64,000 bases of DNA from Oceanotoga teriensis (GTDB lineage: Bacteria > Thermotogota > Thermotogae > Petrotogales > Petrotogaceae): the NCBI RefSeq assembly GCF_003148465.1, contig NZ_QGGI01000001.1, positions 95,170 through 159,169 on the forward strand, written 5' to 3'. Under the pieces are notes generated by a model. The model had not been told where the DNA came from, ran no database searches, and saw nothing but the letters and a program-made list of their open reading frames with translations. The position numbers and the translations under genes are program-made. Positions 19,626 to 29,462 of the stretch are shown here, piece after piece (positions within the stretch are counted from its first letter, which is position 1; each line of letters starts with the position of its first letter).

Positions 19626-19663
19626 TTCCTCTTTCAAACAATAGAAAGAGGAATTCTTTTTTT
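19626..19663 (+). terminator. Riboswitch expression-platform terminator
   Basis: TTCCTCTTTC-aaacaatag-GAAAGAGGAA followed by TTCTTTTTTT, directly 3' of the S-box aptamer. Confidence 0.6.
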
Positions 19664-19803
19664 AAGAGGTGATTAAAATAAATTGTGATATGAGTGATAT
19701 GTATAATATGAAAATTAATAATTCAATAAAATCAAATAAACATAAAAAAGTTTTGATTATTGGCATAACATAAAAATGCCTAAAAAGTTTGCTATAGATT
19801 TTT

Positions 19804-19842
19804 TAGTCAGTTATGCCAATGCATAACTGACTTTTTTATTTG
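19804..19842 (+). terminator. Second terminator-like hairpin immediately before the aspartokinase RBS
   Basis: Perfect 11-bp stem AGTCAGTTATG-ccaatg-CATAACTGACT followed by TTTTTT, ending a few nt before GGAGGTG and the TTG start at 19855; possibly an attenuator. Confidence 0.35.
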
Positions 19843-19854
19843 GAGGTGTAATCT

Positions 19855-21063
19855 TTGAATATAATAGTTCAAAAATTTGGTGGAACATCTATGGCAAACA
19901 AAGAATCTATAAAATTAGTTGTAAAAAAAATAACACAAGAGTTAACAAAAAACAAAAAAGTAATAACAATTGTATCAGCACCATCTGGTATTACTAATTA
20001 TCTTCAAAAATTAATAGAAGAAATGAGTCCTAATCCAAGTAACAAAGAGTTAGACTTGATTTTATCTTTAGGAGAAAATATTTCTATTTCTGTTTTATCT
20101 TCTATATTGAAAAATAATGATATTAAATCTTCATTTGTAAACCCTAGAGATATAGATCTTATCACAGATAATAATTTTAATAATGCAAAGATTAAAAGAA
20201 TCGATATAAACAAAATATATGATCTTTTAAGACTTTATGATGTACTAATAATACCTGGATTTCAAGGAATATCAGAAAAATTTGAAGTGATCACACTTGG
20301 TAGAGGTGGTTCTGATATTACAGCAATAGCTATAGCTGCTGCTTTATCTTTAGAATACGTAGATATCTATACTGATGTGGATTATGTATATTCTTGTGAT
20401 CCAAAATTAGTTAAAAATCCTATAAAAAACAAATCATTATCTTATGAAGAAATGATTGAATTATCTTCATCTGGAGCAAAAGTGTTACATAATAGATGTG
20501 TAGAAATAGCCCATAAATATGATTTAAAAATTAATTTAAAAAATACATTCTCAAATAAAACTGGAACTATCATTCATGATAATATAGAAAAATCTTTTAT
20601 CAGTGGTATTTCTTTATTAGAAGATAATTTTATTATTAATTTTGAAATAACCAATTTAAAAGATCTTTCAGATTTTTTTAAAATACTATCTGAAAATAAA
20701 ATAAACATAAATATAGTATCTCAATCACTAAAAAACATATCTATTTCAATTAATAATAAGTATTACGAAAAGACAATTTCATTATTAAATACTATAAAAT
20801 CCAATATTAATATATTAAATATTAATATTTATAAAAATTTATCAAAAATTTCTATTGTCGGAGATGGAATAAAAGACAATTATGGAATAATAAGTAAAAT
20901 AATTAATACATTAAATCAAAATAAAATAAATATAAATATGATTTCTTGTTCTGAAATAAATATTTCTTTATTAATTGATAAAAAAAACATTTGTAAAGCT
21001 ATAAATTTGCTACATTATGAATTAATAGAATCTGATCTCAAAAAACAGGAGGAAATAATATGA
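19855..21063 (+). CDS. Aspartate kinase (with C-terminal ACT domains)
   Basis: 402 aa, TTG start; VQKFGGTSMA, the amino-acid-kinase fold, and a C-terminal ACT pair (ISIVGDGIKDNYGIISKII...). Confidence 0.85.
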   Translation: MNIIVQKFGGTSMANKESIKLVVKKITQELTKNKKVITIVSAPSGITNYLQKLIEEMSPNPSNKELDLILSLGENISISVLSSILKNNDIKSSFVNPRDIDLITDNNFNNAKIKRIDINKIYDLLRLYDVLIIPGFQGISEKFEVITLGRGGSDITAIAIAAALSLEYVDIYTDVDYVYSCDPKLVKNPIKNKSLSYEEMIELSSSGAKVLHNRCVEIAHKYDLKINLKNTFSNKTGTIIHDNIEKSFISGISLLEDNFIINFEITNLKDLSDFFKILSENKININIVSQSLKNISISINNKYYEKTISLLNTIKSNINILNINIYKNLSKISIVGDGIKDNYGIISKIINTLNQNKININMISCSEINISLLIDKKNICKAINLLHYELIESDLKKQEEII

Positions 21064-22193
21064 GAACATTTGATGAAATAAATAATAAAATAAAAAATGG
21101 TGAAGCTGTAGTATTAACAGCTATCGAAGTAAAAAATTTAATTGAAAAAGAAAGTATAGATAAAGTTTTTGAAAAAGTTGATGTTGTAACAACAGCTACA
21201 TTTGGACCTATGTGTTCATCGGGAGCATTTTTAAATTTTGGTCATGCAAATCCTCCCATTAGAATGGAAAAAACCTTTATAAACAATGTAGAATCTTATT
21301 CTGGTATTGCAGCTGTAGATACTTATATAGGAGTTACACAAGAATCTAAAGTTAATAATAATTATGGAGGAGCTCATGTAATTTATGATTTAATATGTGG
21401 AAAAGAAGTAGAAATAATAGCAAGTGGAAAAGGTACCGATTGTTATCCCAGAAAATATATTAAAAGAAAACTAAAACTATCCGATTTAAATGAAGCTTAT
21501 TTATTCAATCCAAGAAATGTATATCAAAATTATAATGCCGCAATAAATACATCTAATAAAAAACTTCATACATATATGGGAATACTTTTTGAAAATTCAG
21601 AAAATATAAATTTTTGTACTTCAGGAGAAATAAGTCCTCTATTGAATGATCCAACTTATCAAACAATAGGTATTGGAACTTCAATATTTCTTGCAGGAGC
21701 TACAGGAATGATAGTTCATGAAGGAACTCAATTTAATTCTGATATAAAAAGAGATGAAAATAAATTACCTGTAGCACCCGCTGCAACACTTGCTGTTATC
21801 GGAGATTTAAAAGACATGGATAAAGAATATATAAAACCTGCAATTCTTAAAGGTTATGGCATTTCTATGTTTATTGGTATTGGTATACCTATTCCAGTAT
21901 TAAATAAAGATATATTAAAAAGCTTAGCTATTAGAAATAAAGATATTTACACTAATATTTTAGATTATTCAAAAGAAAACAAACCAACAATTAAAAGAGT
22001 TAATTATGATCAATTAAGATCTGGAAAAGTGGAAATAAATGGGAAAATAATTAAAACATCATCAATTTCAAGTTTATATAAATCAGAAAAAATTTGCATA
22101 AAATTAAAAGAAAAAATTTTAAATAAAGAATTTTATTTAACTAAACCTATAAGAAAATTTAATAATACGAAAGTTAAAGAAATGAAAAAATGA
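21060..22193 (+). CDS. DUF39/COG1900 family protein (homocysteine biosynthesis, aspartate-semialdehyde sulfurtransferase-like)
   Basis: 377 aa; the N-terminal ~330 aa resemble the COG1900 catalytic domain (…VVTTATFGPMCSSGAFLNFGHANPPIRM…YIGVTQES…) described for the MA1821-type homocysteine pathway. No CBS pair is seen. Confidence 0.55.
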   Translation: MRTFDEINNKIKNGEAVVLTAIEVKNLIEKESIDKVFEKVDVVTTATFGPMCSSGAFLNFGHANPPIRMEKTFINNVESYSGIAAVDTYIGVTQESKVNNNYGGAHVIYDLICGKEVEIIASGKGTDCYPRKYIKRKLKLSDLNEAYLFNPRNVYQNYNAAINTSNKKLHTYMGILFENSENINFCTSGEISPLLNDPTYQTIGIGTSIFLAGATGMIVHEGTQFNSDIKRDENKLPVAPAATLAVIGDLKDMDKEYIKPAILKGYGISMFIGIGIPIPVLNKDILKSLAIRNKDIYTNILDYSKENKPTIKRVNYDQLRSGKVEINGKIIKTSSISSLYKSEKICIKLKEKILNKEFYLTKPIRKFNNTKVKEMKK

Positions 22194-22202
22194 GGTGGAT
22201 TT

Positions 22203-22916
22203 ATGTATGAAAAAAGAAATTATAGGAATATAATGAAACCTAAAAATTTAATAAATTATAATATATGCGTAGAAGAATCAGATTTGAATATATCCTCAAA
22301 AATTAATTTGAGTAAATTATTGCTAATTCAATTAAAATACATAAGAAATATAATAAAAATGCATTGTATTTATAATTCTTCATTTTTAAAATCCCATACC
22401 CCCATAAATAATGATTATTCATATAATATAATAATTCAAAAAATGATCATAGCTTCTTCAAAAGTAAATGTTGGGCCTATGGCAAGTATAGCTGGTTGTA
22501 TTTCAGAATATATTGGAAAAATAGCTTTATTATTTACAGATGAAATAATTATAGAAAATGGTGGAGATATTTTCTTAAAAACTTTAATAGATAGAAAGAT
22601 TAAAATTTATGCTGGAAAATCTCCTTTATCCAATAAATTATCAATATTAATATCAAAAAATTCTGAACTTGGAATTTGTACTTCTGCAGGAACTTTTGGT
22701 CATTCTTATAGCTATGGAAAAGCTGATGCAGTAGTAATAATATCTAAAGATACATTACTTGCTGACAGTTTAGCAACATCAGCAGCCAATAAAATAAAAT
22801 CAAAGAATGATATAAAAAATGTATTAAATTATATAAATAGTATAGATAATATAAATGGGGGAATAATAATAAAAGATGATAAAGTTGGTGCAATAGGTAA
22901 TATAAACATCTGTTAA
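22203..22916 (+). CDS. UPF0280/COG2122-like (ApbE-like superfamily) protein
   Basis: 237 aa; GPMASIAGCISEYIGK...ENGGDIFL; this family is recurrently linked with COG1900 genes in anaerobe sulfur-amino-acid loci. A tentative call. Confidence 0.35.
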   Translation: MYEKRNYRNIMKPKNLINYNICVEESDLNISSKINLSKLLLIQLKYIRNIIKMHCIYNSSFLKSHTPINNDYSYNIIIQKMIIASSKVNVGPMASIAGCISEYIGKIALLFTDEIIIENGGDIFLKTLIDRKIKIYAGKSPLSNKLSILISKNSELGICTSAGTFGHSYSYGKADAVVIISKDTLLADSLATSAANKIKSKNDIKNVLNYINSIDNINGGIIIKDDKVGAIGNINIC

Positions 22917-22950
22917 ATAAAATTAAAAGTAATTTTCAGGAGTTGATAAT

Positions 22951-23832
22951 ATGTTTATTAAAGATAAATTTATAAATAAAAAACCTATAATTTCATTTGA
23001 AATATTTCCACCTAAAAAAACTGGGTCTATTAAAAAGATTTATAAAACTATAGAAGAATTAGCCGTATTAACTCCAGATTATATAAGCGTAACTTATGGA
23101 GCTGGAGGATCTGAACATGATAAAACTACAGAAATTGCTTCAATAATAAAAAATAAATACAATATTGAATCACTTGCTCATTTAACTTGCATAAATTCTA
23201 ACAAAAAAGATATTTATAATACTTTAAACAATTTAGAAAATGAAAACATAGAAAATATTTTAGCTTTAAAAGGTGATATTCATCCAGATTATAAATTGAA
23301 AAAAGATTTTAATCATGCTTCTGATTTAATAGAATATATAAAAGAAAATTTTAATTTTTGTATAGGTTCTGCAGTTTATCCAGAAGGACATTTAGAAGCA
23401 TTAAATAAAAGCATGGATTTATTTTATACACAAGAAAAAATCAATAAAGGTACTGATTTTCTAATAAGTCAGTTATTTTTTAAAAATAAAATTTTTTATG
23501 AATATCAAGAAAAACTAAAAAACAGAAATATAAAAGTCCCACTTCAGGCTGGTATTATGCCAGTTGTAAATAAAAAACAAGTAGAAAAAATAGTATCATT
23601 ATGTGGAACTTATATGCCAGAAAAATTTATAAAAGTTATGAATAAATATGAAAATAATAAAGAAGCTTTATTAGATGCAGGAGTAACTTATGCTTGTGAT
23701 CAAATAATTGATTTATTATCTTCTGATGTGGATGGAATACATTTGTATGTAATGAATAACCCTATTACTGCAAGAAAAATAGTAGAAAGAATTAAAAATA
23801 TTTTAAAATATTTAGGTGAAAATAATGGATAA
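22951..23832 (+). CDS. metF: 5,10-methylenetetrahydrofolate reductase
   Basis: 293 aa; ISFEIFPPK...VTYGAGGS...TCIN...LALKGD, MTHFR signatures. Confidence 0.85.
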   Translation: MFIKDKFINKKPIISFEIFPPKKTGSIKKIYKTIEELAVLTPDYISVTYGAGGSEHDKTTEIASIIKNKYNIESLAHLTCINSNKKDIYNTLNNLENENIENILALKGDIHPDYKLKKDFNHASDLIEYIKENFNFCIGSAVYPEGHLEALNKSMDLFYTQEKINKGTDFLISQLFFKNKIFYEYQEKLKNRNIKVPLQAGIMPVVNKKQVEKIVSLCGTYMPEKFIKVMNKYENNKEALLDAGVTYACDQIIDLLSSDVDGIHLYVMNNPITARKIVERIKNILKYLGENNG

Positions 23833-24397
23833 AAAAGAGATATTAAGATATTTAAACTATAAAAATCAAATTTTAGATGAAAAAACAAAAATATATTTAA
23901 ATGAATCTATTGAAGAAGTTGAAAAATATTCTAATATTAGATATACATATAAAATTTATAAACTAAAATCAATTTCTGAAGAAATTATTCAATTAGAAAA
24001 CTCTAAAATTCAGCTTAAAGGAAAAAGCATAAACAAATTATTAATTAATTGCAACAAAGTGATAATATTTGCAGCAACTTTAGGAATTAATATAGATAAA
24101 AAAATAAAATACTTAGAAAAAATTAATTTAGCAAAAGGTATTATATTCAATACAACTTCATCAGTATACATTGATGAAATATGTGATGAAATTGAAAAAG
24201 AATTAAAATTAAAATACAAATCTCATATCTTTACAAAAAGATATTCACCTGGATATGGAGATTTAAAATTAAATATTCAATATGATATATTAGAAGAATT
24301 AAATGCAAGTAAAAGTTGTGGAATATACACAGATGAATATAATAATTTAATTCCAATAAAAACGATAACAGCCTTAATAGGTATTAAAAAAATTTAA
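23816..24397 (+). CDS. Stand-alone methionine synthase reactivation (AdoMet-binding activation) domain protein
   Basis: 193 aa; its size and position directly upstream of a MetH that lacks this domain match the split arrangement known from Thermotoga. Confidence 0.6.
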   Translation: MKIMDKKEILRYLNYKNQILDEKTKIYLNESIEEVEKYSNIRYTYKIYKLKSISEEIIQLENSKIQLKGKSINKLLINCNKVIIFAATLGINIDKKIKYLEKINLAKGIIFNTTSSVYIDEICDEIEKELKLKYKSHIFTKRYSPGYGDLKLNIQYDILEELNASKSCGIYTDEYNNLIPIKTITALIGIKKI

Positions 24398-24427
24398 AAA
24401 TATTGAATTATTGTTTGGAGGTATAAT

Positions 24428-26773
24428 ATGAATTTAAGTAATTTACTTAATAAAAAATTTATTCTTTTTGATGGGGCTATGGGAAGCATGATTCAAAAAG
24501 AAAACATCAATACATTGCCTGAACTATTAAATTTAGAAAATCCTCATTTAATAAGATCTATACACAAAAAATATATTGAAGCTGGTGCAGATATTATAAC
24601 AACAAATACATTTGGTGCAAATAATCATAAATTAAAAAAATATAATGTAGATTCAGATTTAATAATCAAAAATGCAATTGAAATAGCAAAGTCAGTTCAA
24701 AAAAATAATTTAATAGCTCTCGATATAGGTCCCATAGGTAGAATGATAGAACCTATGGGAAAAATGACTTTTGATGAAAGTTATGAATTTTTTAAAAAAC
24801 AGGTTATAGCGGGCGAAAAATATGGAGCTGATTTAATATTATTTGAAACATTTTCAGATATATACGAATTAAAATCTGGAATACTCTCAGCTAAAGAGAA
24901 CACAAAATTACCGATATTTGCTACAATGACTTTTTCTGATGATAAAAGAACATTTACTGGAACAGATATTAAAACAATGATATCTGTTCTTGAAGGACTT
25001 AATGTTAACGCACTTGGTATAAACTGTTCTCTTGGTCCAGATAAAATGGAGTCATTAGTAGATAAATTAGTAAAATATTCATCTACGCCAATAATAGTTC
25101 AAGCAAATGCAGGACTCCCAGATTACCAAAATGGAAATACAATATATAATATTAACTCAAATGAATATAATGAACATACAAAAAAATTAATGAATAAAGG
25201 TATTCAAATTATAGGAGGATGTTGTGGAACAACCGATGAATATATAAGAAAATTAAATAATTCTAGAAAACAAATTCCATTTAAACCTGTATTCGATAAA
25301 AACTATTCATTCATATCTTCTTATTCAAAAACATATGATGTTAGCAAAAATATTCATATAATAGGAGAAAGAATCAATCCAACTGGAAAGAAAAAATTAA
25401 GACAAGCCATAATAGAAGAAAATATGGAATATATAACTAATCTTGCATTAAAGCAAAAAGAAGAAGGAGCAGAAATACTAGATGTAAATATGGGTGTTCC
25501 AAAAATAGATGAAAATAAATTAATGATAAAATCTATAAAAGAAATCCAAAAATTAATTGATATTCCACTTCAAATAGATTCAACAAATATAGAGGTTATA
25601 GATAATGGTTTAAGATATTATAATGGTAAAGCTATAATAAATTCTGTAAATGGTAAAAAAAATTCTATGGAAGAAATATTCCCTGTAATAAAAAAATATG
25701 GAGCTATGGTTATTTGCCTTACTTTAAATGAAGATGGAATACCTGAAACAATGGAAAAAAGGTTACAAATTGCTAAAAACATAGAAAACACAGCATTGAA
25801 ATATGGAATATCAAAAAAAGATTTAATATTTGATTTTTTAGTATTGGCAGTATCAGCTCAACAAAACGAACTATACAATACATTGTCCACTTTATCTTAT
25901 GTCAAAAACACATATAATTATAATACAACTTTAGGTGTAAGTAATGTATCTTTTGGTCTTCCAAATAGAAAAATATTAAATAGAACATTTTTAGCCATGG
26001 CTTTGCAAGCTGGATTAAACTTACCAATAATAAACACATCATCACAAGATATGATAGATACAATAAATTCTTACAAAGTACTTGCAAATATAGATAAAGA
26101 TTGCAAAAAATATATAAGTATTTACTCCGAACAAAAAGAAGAAGAAATAAAAAATGAAACATTGGAATACTGTATAGAAAATGGATTAAAAGAAAAAACA
26201 AAAATTATAACTATCGAAAAATTAAAAAATACAGATCCTCTTGAAATAATAAATAATATATTAATCCCAACGTTGAATAAAGTTGGTGATAAATATGAAA
26301 AAGAAATAATATTCTTACCTCAATTAATACAATCGGCAGAAACTGCAAAAATAGTATTTAAAGAAATAAAAAATAAATTACCTGATTTAGATTCATCAAA
26401 TAAAAAAGATAAAATAATACTTGCTACTGTTGAAGGAGATATACATGATATAGGAAAAAATATAGTAAAAGTAATACTTGAAAATTATGGTTATGAAATA
26501 ATAGATTTAGGTAAAGATGTCGTTTGTAATAAAATAATAGATAAAATTCAAGATTCTAAGGCTAAAATAGTGGGACTTTCAGCCTTAATGACTACAACTC
26601 TTATAAATATGGAAAATACTGTAAAAGAAATAAGAAAAAAATTTGATGATATAAAAATAATAATTGGTGGAGCAGTAGTTACAAAAACATTTGCAAATTC
26701 AATAGGTGCTGATTTTTATGCAAAAGATGCAAGAGAGGCTTTAAAATATTTAGAAAAATTACCTTTAAATTAA
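24428..26773 (+). CDS. metH: Cobalamin-dependent methionine synthase (Hcy-MT + pterin-binding + B12-binding; no activation domain)
   Basis: 781 aa; the Hcy-binding barrel (GGCCGTT), a pterin-binding domain, and a B12 module with EGDIHDIGKNIV and GLSALMTTT. Confidence 0.9.
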   Translation: MNLSNLLNKKFILFDGAMGSMIQKENINTLPELLNLENPHLIRSIHKKYIEAGADIITTNTFGANNHKLKKYNVDSDLIIKNAIEIAKSVQKNNLIALDIGPIGRMIEPMGKMTFDESYEFFKKQVIAGEKYGADLILFETFSDIYELKSGILSAKENTKLPIFATMTFSDDKRTFTGTDIKTMISVLEGLNVNALGINCSLGPDKMESLVDKLVKYSSTPIIVQANAGLPDYQNGNTIYNINSNEYNEHTKKLMNKGIQIIGGCCGTTDEYIRKLNNSRKQIPFKPVFDKNYSFISSYSKTYDVSKNIHIIGERINPTGKKKLRQAIIEENMEYITNLALKQKEEGAEILDVNMGVPKIDENKLMIKSIKEIQKLIDIPLQIDSTNIEVIDNGLRYYNGKAIINSVNGKKNSMEEIFPVIKKYGAMVICLTLNEDGIPETMEKRLQIAKNIENTALKYGISKKDLIFDFLVLAVSAQQNELYNTLSTLSYVKNTYNYNTTLGVSNVSFGLPNRKILNRTFLAMALQAGLNLPIINTSSQDMIDTINSYKVLANIDKDCKKYISIYSEQKEEEIKNETLEYCIENGLKEKTKIITIEKLKNTDPLEIINNILIPTLNKVGDKYEKEIIFLPQLIQSAETAKIVFKEIKNKLPDLDSSNKKDKIILATVEGDIHDIGKNIVKVILENYGYEIIDLGKDVVCNKIIDKIQDSKAKIVGLSALMTTTLINMENTVKEIRKKFDDIKIIIGGAVVTKTFANSIGADFYAKDAREALKYLEKLPLN

Positions 26774-26827
26774 TAGTTGATTGAATTAAAAAGTTATACT
26801 ATAAAAATGCAAAGTGATTAATTATAA

Positions 26828-27340
26828 TTAATCACTTTCTTTCTTCATAGTGTTGAAAAAACTCAAAAGAAGACCTAAAACAAAACTCCAAACCGCTGCA
26901 AGAGTTATTTGCCAATTATTTGGTAACATAAAAGTTATTGTATGCGCCGGTAACCAAAACCATAATAAAGCCCAAAATGCTTTTTTCAAACCTTCTTTAG
27001 AAATTTTTAACTTTAAATTATATAAATTTTCTAAAAATCTGTGTATTACAACCATAACAGGTCCAAACATAGAATTCATAAACAATGATTTAAAAAAGGC
27101 TTTCCAAAAATCTCCCGATGGAAGATATCCATAAGATACAAGTTCATTTACAAATCCATTAAACCCTACAAAAACAAATTTTATAATTATACCAAGAACC
27201 CCCCATACAATAGCAGAATATACAGTTTTTAAAACTATAATTTTCTTTTTAGATAGTTTTAAAGCTACTATCTCTCCAAGAGTTCCTAAAATTGCAAATT
27301 GTATAAATGCCATAAAAAAAATACTTTTAAAAAAAGTCAT
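26828..27340 (-). CDS. Hypothetical integral membrane protein
   Basis: 170 aa, 4-5 TM helices; overlaps the stop of the channel gene by 4 nt (probably co-transcribed). Confidence 0.4.
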   Translation of the reverse strand: MTFFKSIFFMAFIQFAILGTLGEIVALKLSKKKIIVLKTVYSAIVWGVLGIIIKFVFVGFNGFVNELVSYGYLPSGDFWKAFFKSLFMNSMFGPVMVVIHRFLENLYNLKLKISKEGLKKAFWALLWFWLPAHTITFMLPNNWQITLAAVWSFVLGLLLSFFNTMKKESD

Positions 27341-28365
27341 TTATAATCCCCCTTAACTATTTTTCTAAGATTTTGAACTTTTTCTTCTTCACCAAGAACT
27401 ATTATTCTATCATTAGCTTCTATTAATGAATCCGCTTTAGGATTGAATATATCTTCATCATAATATTTTTTTATTGAAATAACTATTAAATCAACTAAAT
27501 TAGGTAAAGATATTTCTTTTAAAGTTTTATTTACCATCCAAGATTCTTGAGGTATTTTAACTTCTTCTAGTCTTAACTCTTTATCTTCTGTTCTAGTAAT
27601 GGTCTCTAAAAAAGTTACTATATTAGGTCTTATTGACAAATAACCAAGCCTATTACCAGTTATTTCAGATTCAAGAACTACTTTATCTACTCCAGCATAT
27701 TTTAATTTTTTTAATGATTCAGGTTCGTTAGCCTTGGAAATGATTTTTATATTTTCATTTATAGTTTTAACAGTAAGTATAACAAATAAATTATCTATAT
27801 CAGATGGAAGAGTTAATATAATAGTTCCAGCTTTTTTTATTCCTGCATTAATAAAAACATCTTCATCTTTTATATCCCCTATTATAAAAGGAAAATCCGA
27901 ATTAAAATTATTTATAATTTTATTTACATTCTCTTCATTTTTATCGATAAGAACAAAATCTTTATTACTTTTTTTTAAAGTTTCACAGACATAAAATCCA
28001 GTTTTTCCCGCTCCAACAACTATAAAATGATTATTCATATTAGAAATTTGTTTCATCCTTTTTCTAACCTCCAAAAGATTCTTTATTTCTCCTTCTATGA
28101 TAAATGAAGTTATCTGAGAAAGAGAATAAATCACAAAAGTCATTCCAGATAAAATCAAGAATATTGTGAAATATTGACTTACAAAACTTAGATCATCTGG
28201 AATACTATAACCAACAGTACTTAAAGTAACCAATGTAAAAAATAAAGAATCAATAAATGTCCATTTTTCTAATGCCATATATCCTGCTGTACCTATTATT
28301 ATTATAAAGATAATAACTATAAAAGAAACAATAATCCTTCTAAGTCTCAAATAATAATTTTTCAT
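27337..28365 (-). CDS. MthK-like potassium-channel homolog with RCK (TrkA-N/TrkA-C) domains, atypical filter
   Basis: 342 aa; 2 TM and a pore helix with filter TLSTVGYSIPDD (canonical TVGYGD), then a Rossmann VVGAGKTG RCK domain and a TrkA-C domain. Confidence 0.65.
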   Translation of the reverse strand: MKNYYLRLRRIIVSFIVIIFIIIIGTAGYMALEKWTFIDSLFFTLVTLSTVGYSIPDDLSFVSQYFTIFLILSGMTFVIYSLSQITSFIIEGEIKNLLEVRKRMKQISNMNNHFIVVGAGKTGFYVCETLKKSNKDFVLIDKNEENVNKIINNFNSDFPFIIGDIKDEDVFINAGIKKAGTIILTLPSDIDNLFVILTVKTINENIKIISKANEPESLKKLKYAGVDKVVLESEITGNRLGYLSIRPNIVTFLETITRTEDKELRLEEVKIPQESWMVNKTLKEISLPNLVDLIVISIKKYYDEDIFNPKADSLIEANDRIIVLGEEEKVQNLRKIVKGDYK

Positions 28366-28562
28366 TTAAAACCTCCTATTTTCAACTATATTATACAATA
28401 AATAAAAAAAATTAAAACATCAAAATAAAATTAGTTAATAATAAATTCAACTAAAATTTAAATTCTATATATTAAAAAAAGAAAAAATTCTGATATAATC
28501 TTTAAGGTTAAACCCCGCTTCTATAAAAAATAGAGGCCAAGACCACGGGAGGAGGTGTAGTA

Positions 28563-28943
28563 ATGGCAAAAGTTAGATTCTACGAAACTATGATTGTAGT
28601 AAAACCTGACTTAACAGAAGATCAAAGAAATGCCATGGTAGAAAAAGTAAAGAATTTTATTGAAGTAAAAGTTGAAGGTAAAATTCAAGAAGAAAAAAGA
28701 TGGGGTATGAGAAAATTAGCATATAAAACTCCACATGGTAAATATACAGAAGGTGACTACGCATATTTTATATATGAAGCAGATCCTGAAAAAGTAAATT
28801 TACTCGAAAATTTCTTCAAAATAACTCAAGATGTAATGAGATTTATGACTTTAAGAAGAGAAGATTTAGAAAAAAAAGCTATAAAGAAAGAATCAAATAT
28901 AACAGTTGAAGAACCAGTTACAACTGAAGAAGCTGCGGAGTGA
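28563..28943 (+). CDS. rpsF: 30S ribosomal protein S6
   Basis: 126 aa; YETMIVVKPDL...RWGMRKLAY; preceded by TATAAT at 28492-28497 and a structured leader. Confidence 0.85.
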   Translation: MAKVRFYETMIVVKPDLTEDQRNAMVEKVKNFIEVKVEGKIQEEKRWGMRKLAYKTPHGKYTEGDYAYFIYEADPEKVNLLENFFKITQDVMRFMTLRREDLEKKAIKKESNITVEEPVTTEEAAE

Positions 28944-28948
28944 TATAA

Positions 28949-29446
28949 ATGGCTATTGCATACAACAAGGTCATACTTGTTGGCAGATTAACCAGAGATC
29001 CTGATATTCGTTCTACTGTTAGTGGATCTTCGGTTGCAAATTTTTCCCTTGCCGTTGATAGAATGACTAAAGATAATGATGCAGTAGATTTTATAAACAT
29101 TGTAGCTTTTGGTAAGCAAGCTGAATTTGCTTCAAATTATCTGTCAAAAGGAAAATTAATATTAGTTGAAGGTTCATTGCATATTAATAGATGGACCGAT
29201 AGAAACGATATAAAAAGAGAAACAGCTGAAATTTGGGCCTCCAGAATGAATTTTATGGAAACAAAAAAATCACAGGAAGAATATTCACAATTCAATAATT
29301 TAGATATAAAAGTTGAAGATGGTTATAAAAATAATCCTTCGATAGATAGTATTGATGATGATATACTTTCTGATGAAATGCCTGAATTCGAAGACCCATT
29401 CAGCGATCTCGAAGATGATTTATCTTCAGATGAAAAACCTATCTAA
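28949..29446 (+). CDS. ssb: Single-stranded DNA-binding protein
   Basis: 165 aa; an OB-fold (NKVILVGRLTRDPDIR...FINIVAFGKQAE) and an acidic C-terminal tail. Confidence 0.85.
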   Translation: MAIAYNKVILVGRLTRDPDIRSTVSGSSVANFSLAVDRMTKDNDAVDFINIVAFGKQAEFASNYLSKGKLILVEGSLHINRWTDRNDIKRETAEIWASRMNFMETKKSQEEYSQFNNLDIKVEDGYKNNPSIDSIDDDILSDEMPEFEDPFSDLEDDLSSDEKPI

Positions 29447-29462
29447 TTGGAGGTGAAAATTC

